From a virus (Duplodnaviria; Caudoviricetes): DNA of 61,865 nucleotides. The notes below the pieces were generated by a model. It had not been told where the DNA came from, searched no databases, and was given only the letters and a program-made list of their open reading frames with translations. The stretch is from IMG/VR virus record IMGVR_UViG_3300027747_000005, positions 1 through 61,865 of that record. One strand, written 5' to 3'. This document shows positions 46,295-54,463 of the stretch, in pieces. Every line of letters begins with the position of its first letter. Position 1 is the stretch's first letter. The position numbers were made by a program, and so were the translations under genes.

Positions 46295-46565
46295 TCCGCA
46301 AAGTATAAGGCTGTGCATCTTCCAGCGCCACAGCTTCTTTTACCCACGCTTTAATGTCGTATCTCTCAGGGTGGCACAGAGAACACAGCTGCGTCATCGG
46401 CTCGCTGGTGACCTTGTACTTCTTGTCACTCTCAGACAAACCCGTTGACCACAAGCGGCAGGCAGTATCACTCCCGGTCCACAGATGGGACTTGCCGTTG
46501 ACGTTCCCAAACTGCGTACACCTGACCAAGAAGCCCTTGTGATTCGGCAATCTACGCTGATCCAT
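46287..46565 (-). CDS. Small Zn-binding hypothetical protein
   Basis: HLW.G.DT.C.....G...C..C. Confidence 0.6.
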   Translation of the reverse strand: MDQRRLPNHKGFLVRCTQFGNVNGKSHLWTGSDTACRLWSTGLSESDKKYKVTSEPMTQLCSLCHPERYDIKAWVKEAVALEDAQPYTLRNE

Positions 46566-46569
46566 AAAA

Positions 46570-46950
46570 CCCCCAGTCTGTTTCGGTACGGTGAACTGGA
46601 CCGACTCCCTGGAAAATCCCGCAATGGAAAATTCCAAGGAGTCAGCAAAAGCCTGTTTCGGTTGGAGCCACAGACCTCTACCCCAAGTGTGATCTTTGGT
46701 GACGCAGTTCTCTTGGTTCAACCCTGACACTGCGCTGCGATTGGCTTATGCCTCGGTGGACGCGGAGTCGGAAGACATCGCACCTTTACCGCAGAGAAAC
46801 CCATTCAGCCGCGGGATTGCCTGTCGGCGCGTCTCCGCGGGGTTGCCCCCTCTTCGCCATTCCATGGCAGCGACTAGCCTTGCACAGCTAGCCTTCGGCG
46901 GGGGGCCGATCTTCAGGCCGGTTGCCAATCCAGTGGCTATGTGTGTCAGA
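46570..46950 (-). other. Structured non-coding region (candidate ncRNA or replication origin)
   Basis: About 380 nt with no convincing gene inside a tightly coupled operon; several hairpins. Confidence 0.4.
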
Positions 46951-46951
46951 G

Positions 46952-47098
46952 TTATTTACTGGCCATCATCCAAAGCCCAGCGTTCGCTACGGCATATGCA
47001 CCGTAAGTAATTGACATGGCTAGGTTTCCGTGCATGGCCTGCTCGCAGGACACGTACAAGTAAATGACGCCGGTCATAATGATCAGTGTCCCACTCAT
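46952..47098 (-). CDS. 48-aa two-helix membrane protein, not in track
   Basis: MSGTLIIMTGVIYLYVSCEQAMHGN...YAVANAGLW; ATGA overlap. Confidence 0.65.
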   Translation of the reverse strand: MSGTLIIMTGVIYLYVSCEQAMHGNLAMSITYGAYAVANAGLWMMASK

Positions 47099-47670
47099 CG
47101 CTTCTCCAGTTCAGCCATAAGGCGGGCGATTATATTCTGTTGAATCTTGGCTCGCCACCGAGTTGCGTGTAATTCCTTTCGCACCTCTTGGGCAAGCCGA
47201 TCTGGCAGAGCTTGCAACCGCATGTCGATACTAAGGGGAGTGTCAGGCATCCAATGGGTGATGGGTGCCGCACCCTTCTCCACCAAGAACTCTTGGTCGA
47301 AGTCGCAGTAGTACCACATGGCACCCTCTGGCCGCGCCACATAACGCCCAGGCTTTGATGGCAGCTGCTCTGTCACCGGGATCCATTCGCCGGTCGGCTC
47401 GCCGTTGACACAGCGGTCATGCAGGTCTTGGCACTCGCCCACCAAGATCCCAATGGATTCGCCGTCCAGCTTTCTGCCTTCTTGCAGGCGTTCGATCTCA
47501 TCCGCGGCCTCCAGCACAAGCGCTCTAGCAGCGTCCATCAGTGCAAAGTGCGAGGCCGCACGCAGCCGGTCGGTGAGTGCCCCACTCATATGCGAAACAC
47601 CTCGTTCTGCGGGTGGTTTCTCATATGATTCGGCGGCGTACTCTCTCGCTTGCGCGTCCCGCTTAGTCAT
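47095..47670 (-). CDS. DUF551-like domain protein
   Basis: EAADEIERL, WIPVTEQLP...ITHWMP. Confidence 0.65.
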   Translation of the reverse strand: MTKRDAQAREYAAESYEKPPAERGVSHMSGALTDRLRAASHFALMDAARALVLEAADEIERLQEGRKLDGESIGILVGECQDLHDRCVNGEPTGEWIPVTEQLPSKPGRYVARPEGAMWYYCDFDQEFLVEKGAAPITHWMPDTPLSIDMRLQALPDRLAQEVRKELHATRWRAKIQQNIIARLMAELEKR

Positions 47671-47738
47671 GGTGTCACTTTCTGGAATATGAAGAATAGG
47701 GTTTTTGGTAAACCGGAACCCAGCAAAACCGGGAGTCA

Positions 47739-48035
47739 TTACCAGTAGCGGACGCAGGCGAACCAGCCGCGGGCACCGCGGGACACGGCGACTTCCTTCA
47801 CCTTCCGCTGGCCCCAGTAACAAGAGGCGCGGCACGCCGCATCTCCACTGACGGTGGAGAAACCTATCCCCTCATAGCCTTGGCCACCCCGGTGTCGGAG
47901 GATGCCAGTGCGGGCCATCTCGTTGGCATCGTCCTGGGCAGAGCGGTAGACGGTGACCGTCCGCGTGCGGTAGCTGCTGTCAGCGTTGGCGGTAGCGGCA
48001 GTCAGGAGCAGGGCAAGGAACACAAAGTAACGCAT
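47739..48035 (-). CDS. Secreted minimal CAP/SCP-like protein
   Basis: Signal peptide ending ANA-D; A..MA..G...H.G...EGIG...CY...GWFAC.RY. Confidence 0.6.
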   Translation of the reverse strand: MRYFVFLALLLTAATANADSSYRTRTVTVYRSAQDDANEMARTGILRHRGGQGYEGIGFSTVSGDAACRASCYWGQRKVKEVAVSRGARGWFACVRYW

Positions 48036-48084
48036 ACGAATCCTTTCGTAGGGGGCATCAATCAACCAGCACTGTGCTGGAATG

Positions 48085-48330
48085 TTAATTATCGGACGGG
48101 TCAGACAAGAGCTTTCGGCCATTAGCATGGGCGACCAGCGTGTACAACGTGCGCAAGTAACCAGCAACCCGGGCGCAATCGTCCTCACTTTCTTGTGTCA
48201 TAGCAGCGTCCGCTTTCAATCCGGCCTCGCCATACTCCTGCGCAAGCTAGGCCATCTCGGCTGAGTAGCTATCTAAAGCATCCAGCACCAAATCCAAGTC
48301 ATCCAGCGTTAGCTGTGCTGTAATAATCAT
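48085..48330 (-). pseudogene. 81-codon ORF interrupted by one in-frame TAG (48247-48249)
   Basis: GAGG RBS and ATGA overlap; MIITAQL...SAEMA*LAQEYGEAGL...SDN reads continuously. Confidence 0.45.
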
Positions 48331-48623
48331 GTCCACCTCGGGTAGATAAGGACACCGTTCGTCTTACTGCCGTTCATTACTTCCACTGCACAGATGCGGG
48401 GGAAAGCCTTAGTCAACATCTCGGCCGTGTCGATCATTGCCTGCAGGTCAATCGTCTGCCTGTGTTCTTGGATGTAGGCGTTGATCTCTTTGTAATCTTC
48501 TTGGTCGTACGGGCCGCTCTTGTCACGCTCAACCCAGGTGCGGATGACCGTGTTCAAAGTGCGGAACGCCAAGATGTTTTCGTACAAGCGTTGCGGCTTG
48601 GAGAACAGGGGTAGAAAGCTCAC
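48327..48623 (-). CDS. Hypothetical protein
   Basis: Coupled ORF. Confidence 0.55.
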   Translation of the reverse strand: MSFLPLFSKPQRLYENILAFRTLNTVIRTWVERDKSGPYDQEDYKEINAYIQEHRQTIDLQAMIDTAEMLTKAFPRICAVEVMNGSKTNGVLIYPRWT

Positions 48624-48626
48624 GCT

Positions 48627-49277
48627 TCACCCCACATTCCGATCAGCTTTGCCTGGAGCCTTGCGACCTCTGCCTCTAGCTGCCGGATCCGATCTATCAA
48701 TTTCTTCACTGTCTCCTCCTCCGTGTGTAAAGAGTCCCGTGTCACCGTCCACCATCTCCAATAGTGTATGTGGGTACAGTAGTTGAATTAATTCGTCAGC
48801 CGAACGCAAGTGACTTTTTGGAGCAACCAATGTCTGCACATGGTGGTTGCGCCCGCGGTCAAAAACATTCTCTTCAAACCAGCTTTCATCCCGATCCAGT
48901 GCGGAGATCCACACCCACTGCCCTGTCGGCTTACTCTTAAAGACATAAGCGAAATGCTTCAGTCGTTCCTTGGCCATGCCGTGCATGTCATCAACGAACA
49001 CTGTGTCGTAGGGGTAATCCTCTGGGCAGGTAAATGAGATGCTCCGTTCCTTAATCTCCAGGCTTAGCATCACCACTGCGTCTGGTGTCTCGCAGTGGTC
49101 TGTGTTCTTGTTGTGGCCTTTGATCACCAGCTTCCGACCATGAGCCGCCGACCGGCCAGCGGAGCGCAGGTCATCGACCCACGCCCGCTCGGCGCGGTGG
49201 CCATTACTCAATGCCGATTGGAAAGAACGATGCGCCACGTGGCCTCCATGCGTAAGTGCGAATCCCGGGTTGGGCAT
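48627..49277 (-). CDS. PD-(D/E)xK nuclease-like protein
   Basis: G..AE, TPDA, LEIKER. Confidence 0.6.
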   Translation of the reverse strand: MPNPGFALTHGGHVAHRSFQSALSNGHRAERAWVDDLRSAGRSAAHGRKLVIKGHNKNTDHCETPDAVVMLSLEIKERSISFTCPEDYPYDTVFVDDMHGMAKERLKHFAYVFKSKPTGQWVWISALDRDESWFEENVFDRGRNHHVQTLVAPKSHLRSADELIQLLYPHTLLEMVDGDTGLFTHGGGDSEEIDRSDPAARGRGRKAPGKADRNVG

Positions 49278-49725
49278 CGCGGCGGTCCATGCCTTTCACC
49301 AAGCGAACCTCCAAGGCTCGCCGCAGGATTTCGTCGGGCGTGGGGTCGAACGGCTTCAGGCCGTCGTCGTACCACTCCAGGCTCGCCTCCATCGGCTCAG
49401 CCTCGCGGATGAGAGCGGTGTGTCGGCGCACGCTGGCCGACCACTCCGCGCTCTCCCCAAACACCTCGCCCACATCGCGGTCGTTGTAGCCGGGGTCAAG
49501 CTGACAGATGACCGCGAGGCGCTCACGGCTTGGCACCCTGCCCACGGCCTTCATCATTCGCACCAGCCCGCGGCACACCTCGGGGCACAGCCCCAGTTGC
49601 TTTGCCACCCGGGCCAGTTGTTCCTGGTTGATGACCACGCGGTGCCACAGCTGACCGGCGAAAGCCAAGGGGTGTGTTGAGCCAAGACCACAGTCGTTTC
49701 CAGAAACCAACTTTGCGTTGTTCAT
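49204..49725 (-). CDS. Hypothetical protein, possible HTH
   Basis: AAGGAGG RBS; LARVAKQLGL; DPTPDEI..R..EVR. Confidence 0.55.
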   Translation of the reverse strand: MNNAKLVSGNDCGLGSTHPLAFAGQLWHRVVINQEQLARVAKQLGLCPEVCRGLVRMMKAVGRVPSRERLAVICQLDPGYNDRDVGEVFGESAEWSASVRRHTALIREAEPMEASLEWYDDGLKPFDPTPDEILRRALEVRLVKGMDRRDAQPGIRTYAWRPRGASFFPIGIE

Positions 49726-49808
49726 CCGAACCTCCTTGTGAAAAAGCATGCTCCGGGGGGAAGGCATGCGGGACATCAAATCTCCAAAGGATCTCCGTTA
49801 CCGTCTCA

Positions 49809-50867
49809 TCAACTAACAAATCTTTGTTCTCTTCCATGGCGTCTACCCAGTTCCTTTCTGAACATTGACCGGATCCAGCCGTTGAGCTTTTCGTTACCCG
49901 CGGCCCAATGAACGTAGTGATCGGGCAACTCGCTCAGCTTGTAGCCCGCGTACTTGCCCTTCAGTGGGTTGTTATAAGTGCCGACCGACCGGACGCCCTT
50001 CCACGTAATGTCAACGTCCTTGCCGTGAATGCGGCCCTCCCCGCGGCCATGTGTGTTGCGGCGCATCTCCTCAATGAGCTTGGCACTGGCGATCTTCTCG
50101 GCCTTCTTCGCCGCCTCTGCCGCAGCCAGTTCGTCTATCTCTTTCTGCGAGAGTGGAGACTGCGCCGCTGCTTTACGGACTTGCGCTTTGACTTCCTCGT
50201 CTTGCGAGGTGCAGAACATGTCCACGCTTGTGATGACTGTGTGATCCAGAGTTCCTGCTGTGCAGTCAACAATTTTGAAATGAGGTTTATCCGAACGCGC
50301 GATTGCAGCAATTCTGTCGGCAGCGGTGAGAAGATGTTCCCCGTCAACAACACCGGGGAGTGGACGAGTGGCTCGCCCAACGCACTGAAGCCAGAAGGAT
50401 CGGGAGCGTGTTGGTCGGGCAAGGATGAGGGTGGCTGTTGGGGGATAGTCGAATCCAACGGCAACCACTTGGCAGTTGACCAAGACTCTGGCCTGCCGGG
50501 ATTTGAAGGCTGCGAGTGCATCGGCTCTCTCCTCGTCAGGCATGGTGCCCCAGACACAGACGGCTGGGATTCCGTAGTTGCGGGTTAGGTATTCAGTCGC
50601 ACCCTTGGCTGCGAACACGCTGCCGGTGAAGAGGACGGTCTGCCCCTCCATCTCCTCGGCGGTGATCATGCAGGCGCGATGCAAATTACTTTCCTTGTTC
50701 AGTTCAGCGGCGAGCTTGGTCTGGTTGAAATCACCGCCGACAATGTTGACCTTGCTGAGATCCAGCGACTCCACCCTGCTCAGCTTGCAGATAGGCGGAA
50801 CTGACCATCCGTTGGCAATGGCCCATTGGAGGTCGTAGTTGCAGACTGACTCTTCGTAGAATTGCAT
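49809..50867 (-). CDS. SF2 helicase, C-terminal RecA2 half
   Basis: TVLF (IV), VLVNC.V...GFDYP (V), RPTRS...QCVGR.TR (VI); own AGGAG RBS. Confidence 0.88.
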   Translation of the reverse strand: MQFYEESVCNYDLQWAIANGWSVPPICKLSRVESLDLSKVNIVGGDFNQTKLAAELNKESNLHRACMITAEEMEGQTVLFTGSVFAAKGATEYLTRNYGIPAVCVWGTMPDEERADALAAFKSRQARVLVNCQVVAVGFDYPPTATLILARPTRSRSFWLQCVGRATRPLPGVVDGEHLLTAADRIAAIARSDKPHFKIVDCTAGTLDHTVITSVDMFCTSQDEEVKAQVRKAAAQSPLSQKEIDELAAAEAAKKAEKIASAKLIEEMRRNTHGRGEGRIHGKDVDITWKGVRSVGTYNNPLKGKYAGYKLSELPDHYVHWAAGNEKLNGWIRSMFRKELGRRHGREQRFVS

Positions 50868-51370
50868 GCTTCACTCCTAAGCATGGGTTTGCCATCCATA
50901 CGGAATGGAGTGGCGGTGAAACCAGCGACCATCGCTCCTTGGTCCTGGTAGAACTTCAGCATCTCAATCACAGGCTCGCTGCACTGCATGTGCGCTTCGT
51001 CAACTATGACGAGCGAGAATCCGTTAAACCGCTTGTATCGCTTCTCGCCACCGCGGCTGGACAGAAGCGTCTGCTTACTGGCGACCACAACCTTGGCGGG
51101 CCAGTAGTCACGCTCGGCAACGAAGTCAGCCATCTCAATGTCTGGGTCTGAGTCTGTGACCTGACGCACCTTGTCAGCTGCTTGCCAGACAAGCTCACGC
51201 ATCGGAGCGATGATCAGCGTGCGTCCTTCAATGCGGTCGGCCAATGAGGTGAAGATGACGGTCTTTCCCGCGCCAGTGAACAGGCCAACGAGCGTGGACT
51301 TCACACCGCGGCGCATGGCGTCCAGCAGCGATTCGATCACTTCAGTTTGGTAGGCGCGCAGTCTGAGCAT
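50780..51370 (-). CDS. SF2 helicase, N-terminal RecA1 half (DEAH)
   Basis: LR.YQ, TGAGKT, VIVDEAH, GFTATP.R.D. Confidence 0.9.
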   Translation of the reverse strand: MLRLRAYQTEVIESLLDAMRRGVKSTLVGLFTGAGKTVIFTSLADRIEGRTLIIAPMRELVWQAADKVRQVTDSDPDIEMADFVAERDYWPAKVVVASKQTLLSSRGGEKRYKRFNGFSLVIVDEAHMQCSEPVIEMLKFYQDQGAMVAGFTATPFRMDGKPMLRSEACNSTKSQSATTTSNGPLPTDGQFRLSAS

Positions 51371-51385
51371 GAAACGTCCTTGTGT

Positions 51386-51435
51386 TAAGAAGCCCGGGGG
51401 AGGGCGGGTCGGAGGTTCCCGCCCTCCACCCCAGG
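51386..51435 (-). terminator. GC-rich hairpin between ssb and helicase (terminator or attenuator)
   Basis: GGAGGGCGGG/CCCGCCCTCC 10-bp stem followed by CTTCTT. Confidence 0.5.
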
Positions 51436-51455
51436 CGGCGCGGAGCAGCGCGCCA

Positions 51456-51800
51456 TCAACCAAACTCTGAGACGAACTCTTCTTCTCGGGCCGGTTCCTT
51501 CTTGCCACCAACAAGCTGGATGGCATTGACGTTCAAAACGATCTTCGACCGCTTCTGGCCGTCACGCTCCCACACCTGCTGATCCAACTCACCTTCGACC
51601 AGGACAGAGGTGCCCTTGTTCAGGTAGTTAACGACAGCGCCGCCCTTCCAGTATTCGCAGTCCAGGAACAGCACCTTGCCCTCGCGGTACGGGTTGTTCA
51701 CGGCTACTGAAAACTTCACAACATCCTTCTCACCGACACGCCGAATGTCGGGGTCAGCTGTGATGTTGCCCATCAGAATCGTCCGGTTGTAACTAGCCAT
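51456..51800 (-). CDS. ssb: Single-stranded DNA-binding protein
   Basis: N...L.GN...DP, FSVAVN, KG..V.VEG.L...WE.DGQKRS, acidic tail. Confidence 0.92.
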   Translation of the reverse strand: MASYNRTILMGNITADPDIRRVGEKDVVKFSVAVNNPYREGKVLFLDCEYWKGGAVVNYLNKGTSVLVEGELDQQVWERDGQKRSKIVLNVNAIQLVGGKKEPAREEEFVSEFG

Positions 51801-52452
51801 TCGTCACCTCCTTGGTTTCCCAGCACTTGGTAAATTCCGCCTTGCAGCGGTCGTAGCACCCACGGTCAATCGCCTTCTCGCGAAGACGAAGTTCAACTGT
51901 CTTCATCACGTTCACTGCGGTGAAGCGATCCTCCGCGTTGGCGATCTCTGTCTTCCACATGGCCTCCAGCTGGAGGTTCTTGGGACTCACGCCAGTGGGC
52001 CGCTGCGGTGATCGCTGCGGAGCGGACTCCACCTTCACCGAATCACCGTCATCGTCGGACTCACCAGAGAACCCGCCTGTCAGTGCCATCAGCAGGGTCC
52101 GCTTGGCGTAGGTCATCGCCGCACCGAAACCCTGCATGTCACCCTTGGGGTTCACCAGCGGGGCGATCCCCGTGATGTATTGCCCCGTCTTGTGCCGCAA
52201 GGTTCCGACAAGCACCCACTGACCGGCGACCAGCCCAGGCCGGAAGTCCGGCAAGGCAAGTCCGTTCTTGGTCAGCGGCCCACGCAACGCATCGCAGCAG
52301 GTCGCATAGGACGAGAACCGGCTTTTGAAATGCGGGTTCGCAGCGTCTAGTTCAACGTGCTTGTATTCCGCCTGCGCCTTGGCCAACGCCTCTGTGAGTG
52401 CGCTGGTATCGGGCGAACAGCTTGGTCCGAGAATGTCATGCGAATCATTCAT
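51793..52452 (-). CDS. erf: ERF-family single-strand annealing protein
   Basis: AL.KAQ...NPHFKS.., Q..G.A.TYAKR..L...DDDG. Confidence 0.88.
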   Translation of the reverse strand: MNDSHDILGPSCSPDTSALTEALAKAQAEYKHVELDAANPHFKSRFSSYATCCDALRGPLTKNGLALPDFRPGLVAGQWVLVGTLRHKTGQYITGIAPLVNPKGDMQGFGAAMTYAKRTLLMALTGGFSGESDDDGDSVKVESAPQRSPQRPTGVSPKNLQLEAMWKTEIANAEDRFTAVNVMKTVELRLREKAIDRGCYDRCKAEFTKCWETKEVTNG

Positions 52453-53303
52453 ACTGTGATTACCTCCTCCTCCTGACGCTTCGCCCAGGCTGGGAACTGA
52501 AGCTCCGTGATCTCACCGGCATCTGCCGATTCGTACACGCCCGTCTCCCGGCGAAGGCGAACCTCCTCCATCACGCGGGTCATACGCAGACCAGCCTCCT
52601 CAACGATCTCTGTCGGCAGATAGAAAACGTGGACACCGTACGGAGCCATCGTCTGGACGAAGACGAACGGCATGCGGAAGTGAGGCATGCCGACAGCCTT
52701 GGCACCCTGCACGTACAGCCACTCCTGCTCCGCATATCCGAAGTCCACCGCACTGCGGTACACCTTGTCCCAAGTGGACGAGGTGGTCTTTAAGTCCCAC
52801 CACAAGCTGGGCGTGCAGCCGTCCGGTCGCACCTTGCAGCGATGTCCGTTCAACTCAAAGAACACCGACACCTGAGTCTCAGTGGTCTGCTCCACCAACG
52901 CCTTGGCGGCGGGGTTCGCAAGCAGATGATCCAGCATGATCTCCAGCTGCCAGCCTTCTTCTTGGTTGCAGTCGATCAGTCCCTTCCGGTCAGCCTCTTC
53001 CTTCCAAGCGTCGTAGGCTTTGCCCCGGCGGTGGCCGTTGCTGGCCAGCACCTCGGCGGGCGGGATGGCGAGAACGTCACTCAACTTCTTCCCCTCACAG
53101 ACAGCAGTGACGATGGTGTCGAACTTGCTGCCGGTGCGGGTTCCGGCGTTCCCTCCAAAGAGGGAGTAGCCTTGATCCATCCACCGCTGCGCCTCGCCCC
53201 CAAAGCGGGCGACTGAGTGCAGGTAGGACCGACCAAGGAAATCGTTCTGGCTGTGGTAGTCCGCATTGCTCATGCCCACTACCTTCCGTGGCAAACTGCT
53301 CAT
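52449..53303 (-). CDS. RecE/exonuclease VIII-like PD-(D/E)xK exonuclease
   Basis: MSN.DYH, CK.RPD, DLKTT, Y..Q...Y. Confidence 0.85.
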   Translation of the reverse strand: MSSLPRKVVGMSNADYHSQNDFLGRSYLHSVARFGGEAQRWMDQGYSLFGGNAGTRTGSKFDTIVTAVCEGKKLSDVLAIPPAEVLASNGHRRGKAYDAWKEEADRKGLIDCNQEEGWQLEIMLDHLLANPAAKALVEQTTETQVSVFFELNGHRCKVRPDGCTPSLWWDLKTTSSTWDKVYRSAVDFGYAEQEWLYVQGAKAVGMPHFRMPFVFVQTMAPYGVHVFYLPTEIVEEAGLRMTRVMEEVRLRRETGVYESADAGEITELQFPAWAKRQEEEVITV

Positions 53304-53467
53304 CTGTACACCTCCTTAAAAGAAGCCGCCTCCGTGCGGCGAACAGACTCCCTCCGAAAAGAACGGCGGAACAAAACCGCCGCCCGTGCGAACTGTCCAA
53401 TGGCAAGAAGGGTGAGCAGAGTGCCCAAGCCATGGAGAAAAATGATGGCCACTAGAAAAGCTAGCGT

Positions 53468-53545
53468 TGCCCCCCCTACAATTCGGTGGAGCCACCCGCT
53501 TGGGGGGCTACGACGACCGATCCTATCCAATTGAGCTAGGGGTGC
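53468..53545 (-). pseudogene. Degenerate tRNA-Arg-like element
   Basis: GCACCCCTAGCTCAATTGGATAG 5' end; 3' GGGGGGC-A gives a 6/7 acceptor stem over 77-78 nt; D stem, anticodon arm and TTCGA loop are broken. Confidence 0.55.
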
Positions 53546-53641
53546 CTTGTGGTCCGCAAGTATAGCGTGGGGCTTGATGGATCCCAAAGTGGGGGTAATC
53601 TGACCCCCCTCAACCAGATCCACAGATTTTCCGAAACTAAC

Positions 53642-54463
53642 ATGACTCTCAGAGAGTTCGCGGAGGCTTACGCCCTCCAATCGGGGGCTAGCCCCGGATA
53701 CCGGGAGCAACTCGTTGTGCTGACCAAGCGACTCCCTTGGGGGGTGGCCGACTTGACCGTCAGCAACATCGACGCTTACCTGACCCAAGCTCTGAATCAT
53801 CTCGCCGCCTCCACGGTTCACAACCACCGCAGGATGCTGTCCACCCTGCGACGAGCCGCCCTCCGAGACGGCCTTGTAGTGGACGATTGTACACGCCCGA
53901 TCCGGCGTGTCAAGCACACCTTGCCGATGGTCCGCGCGTGGACTCATGACGAGATGCGACATTTGCTTTCTGTAGCCTCTGAGATGCCGGGGGGTACGCT
54001 CTACTGCCCGCACCGAATCCTGCTGCCTGCGTGGATTCTGGTCGGTTACAGTAGCGGCCTGCGGCTGGGTGACCTGCTGACCATTACCTACGACTCCCTG
54101 CGAGGGGATCGCTTGGCTACGGTTCTGCAGAAAACTCGCCAGCCGCATGTTGTCGTCCTTGACACAAACGCTTTGGAATCCATTCGCTCCCTACCTCGCC
54201 GCGGCCCGAAAATCTTCGGGGGCTTGGTCGGTCGGTCGCGGATCATAGTGGCTATGCGCACAGTCGTCAAGCGCGCGGGACTCACGGGTTCAGGCAAGTA
54301 CCTGCGGAGAGCTAGTGCCACTTACGCCCAATTAGCGGGCATTGATGCCACTGGACACCTGGGACATTTGACCCCGGGCATGAAGCGCCACTACCTAGAT
54401 CCAGTCATTCTGTCGGATCTGAAGCGTGCTGTGCCCAGCCTTCCCCTCGGGGGGGGGCTTTAG
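53642..54463 (+). CDS. Tyrosine recombinase/integrase
   Basis: GLRLGDL (R), QKT (K), KYLRR (K in place of H in HxxR), HLGH, RHY (Tyr). Confidence 0.85.
   Translation: MTLREFAEAYALQSGASPGYREQLVVLTKRLPWGVADLTVSNIDAYLTQALNHLAASTVHNHRRMLSTLRRAALRDGLVVDDCTRPIRRVKHTLPMVRAWTHDEMRHLLSVASEMPGGTLYCPHRILLPAWILVGYSSGLRLGDLLTITYDSLRGDRLATVLQKTRQPHVVVLDTNALESIRSLPRRGPKIFGGLVGRSRIIVAMRTVVKRAGLTGSGKYLRRASATYAQLAGIDATGHLGHLTPGMKRHYLDPVILSDLKRAVPSLPLGGGL

Noticed and set aside
47010-47022. ATTGACATGGCTA shared with the promoter at 31961-31974
   Set aside because: Lies antisense inside a small gene with no -10 at the right spacing; probably chance.
48247-48249. Genome-wide TAG recoding
   Set aside because: Long genes are intact in code 11, and TAG ends genes at coupled junctions (for example 4540, 1209, 14077).
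49523-49837. 104-aa ORF after the helicase
   Set aside because: Could be real (GGAG-like context is weak), but it overlaps 49204..49725 by about 200 nt, spans a hairpin plus T-tract at about 49741-49770 and has no motifs; left uncalled.
53468-53545. Functional tRNA gene
   Set aside because: No intact D stem, anticodon stem or TTCGA loop.
53300-54148. 282-aa minus-strand ORF and other long antisense ORFs (24399..25529, 25764..26729, 26507..27385, 34765..35748, 58447..59667)
   Set aside because: Shadow frames of well-supported genes in GC-rich DNA, with no motifs or RBS.
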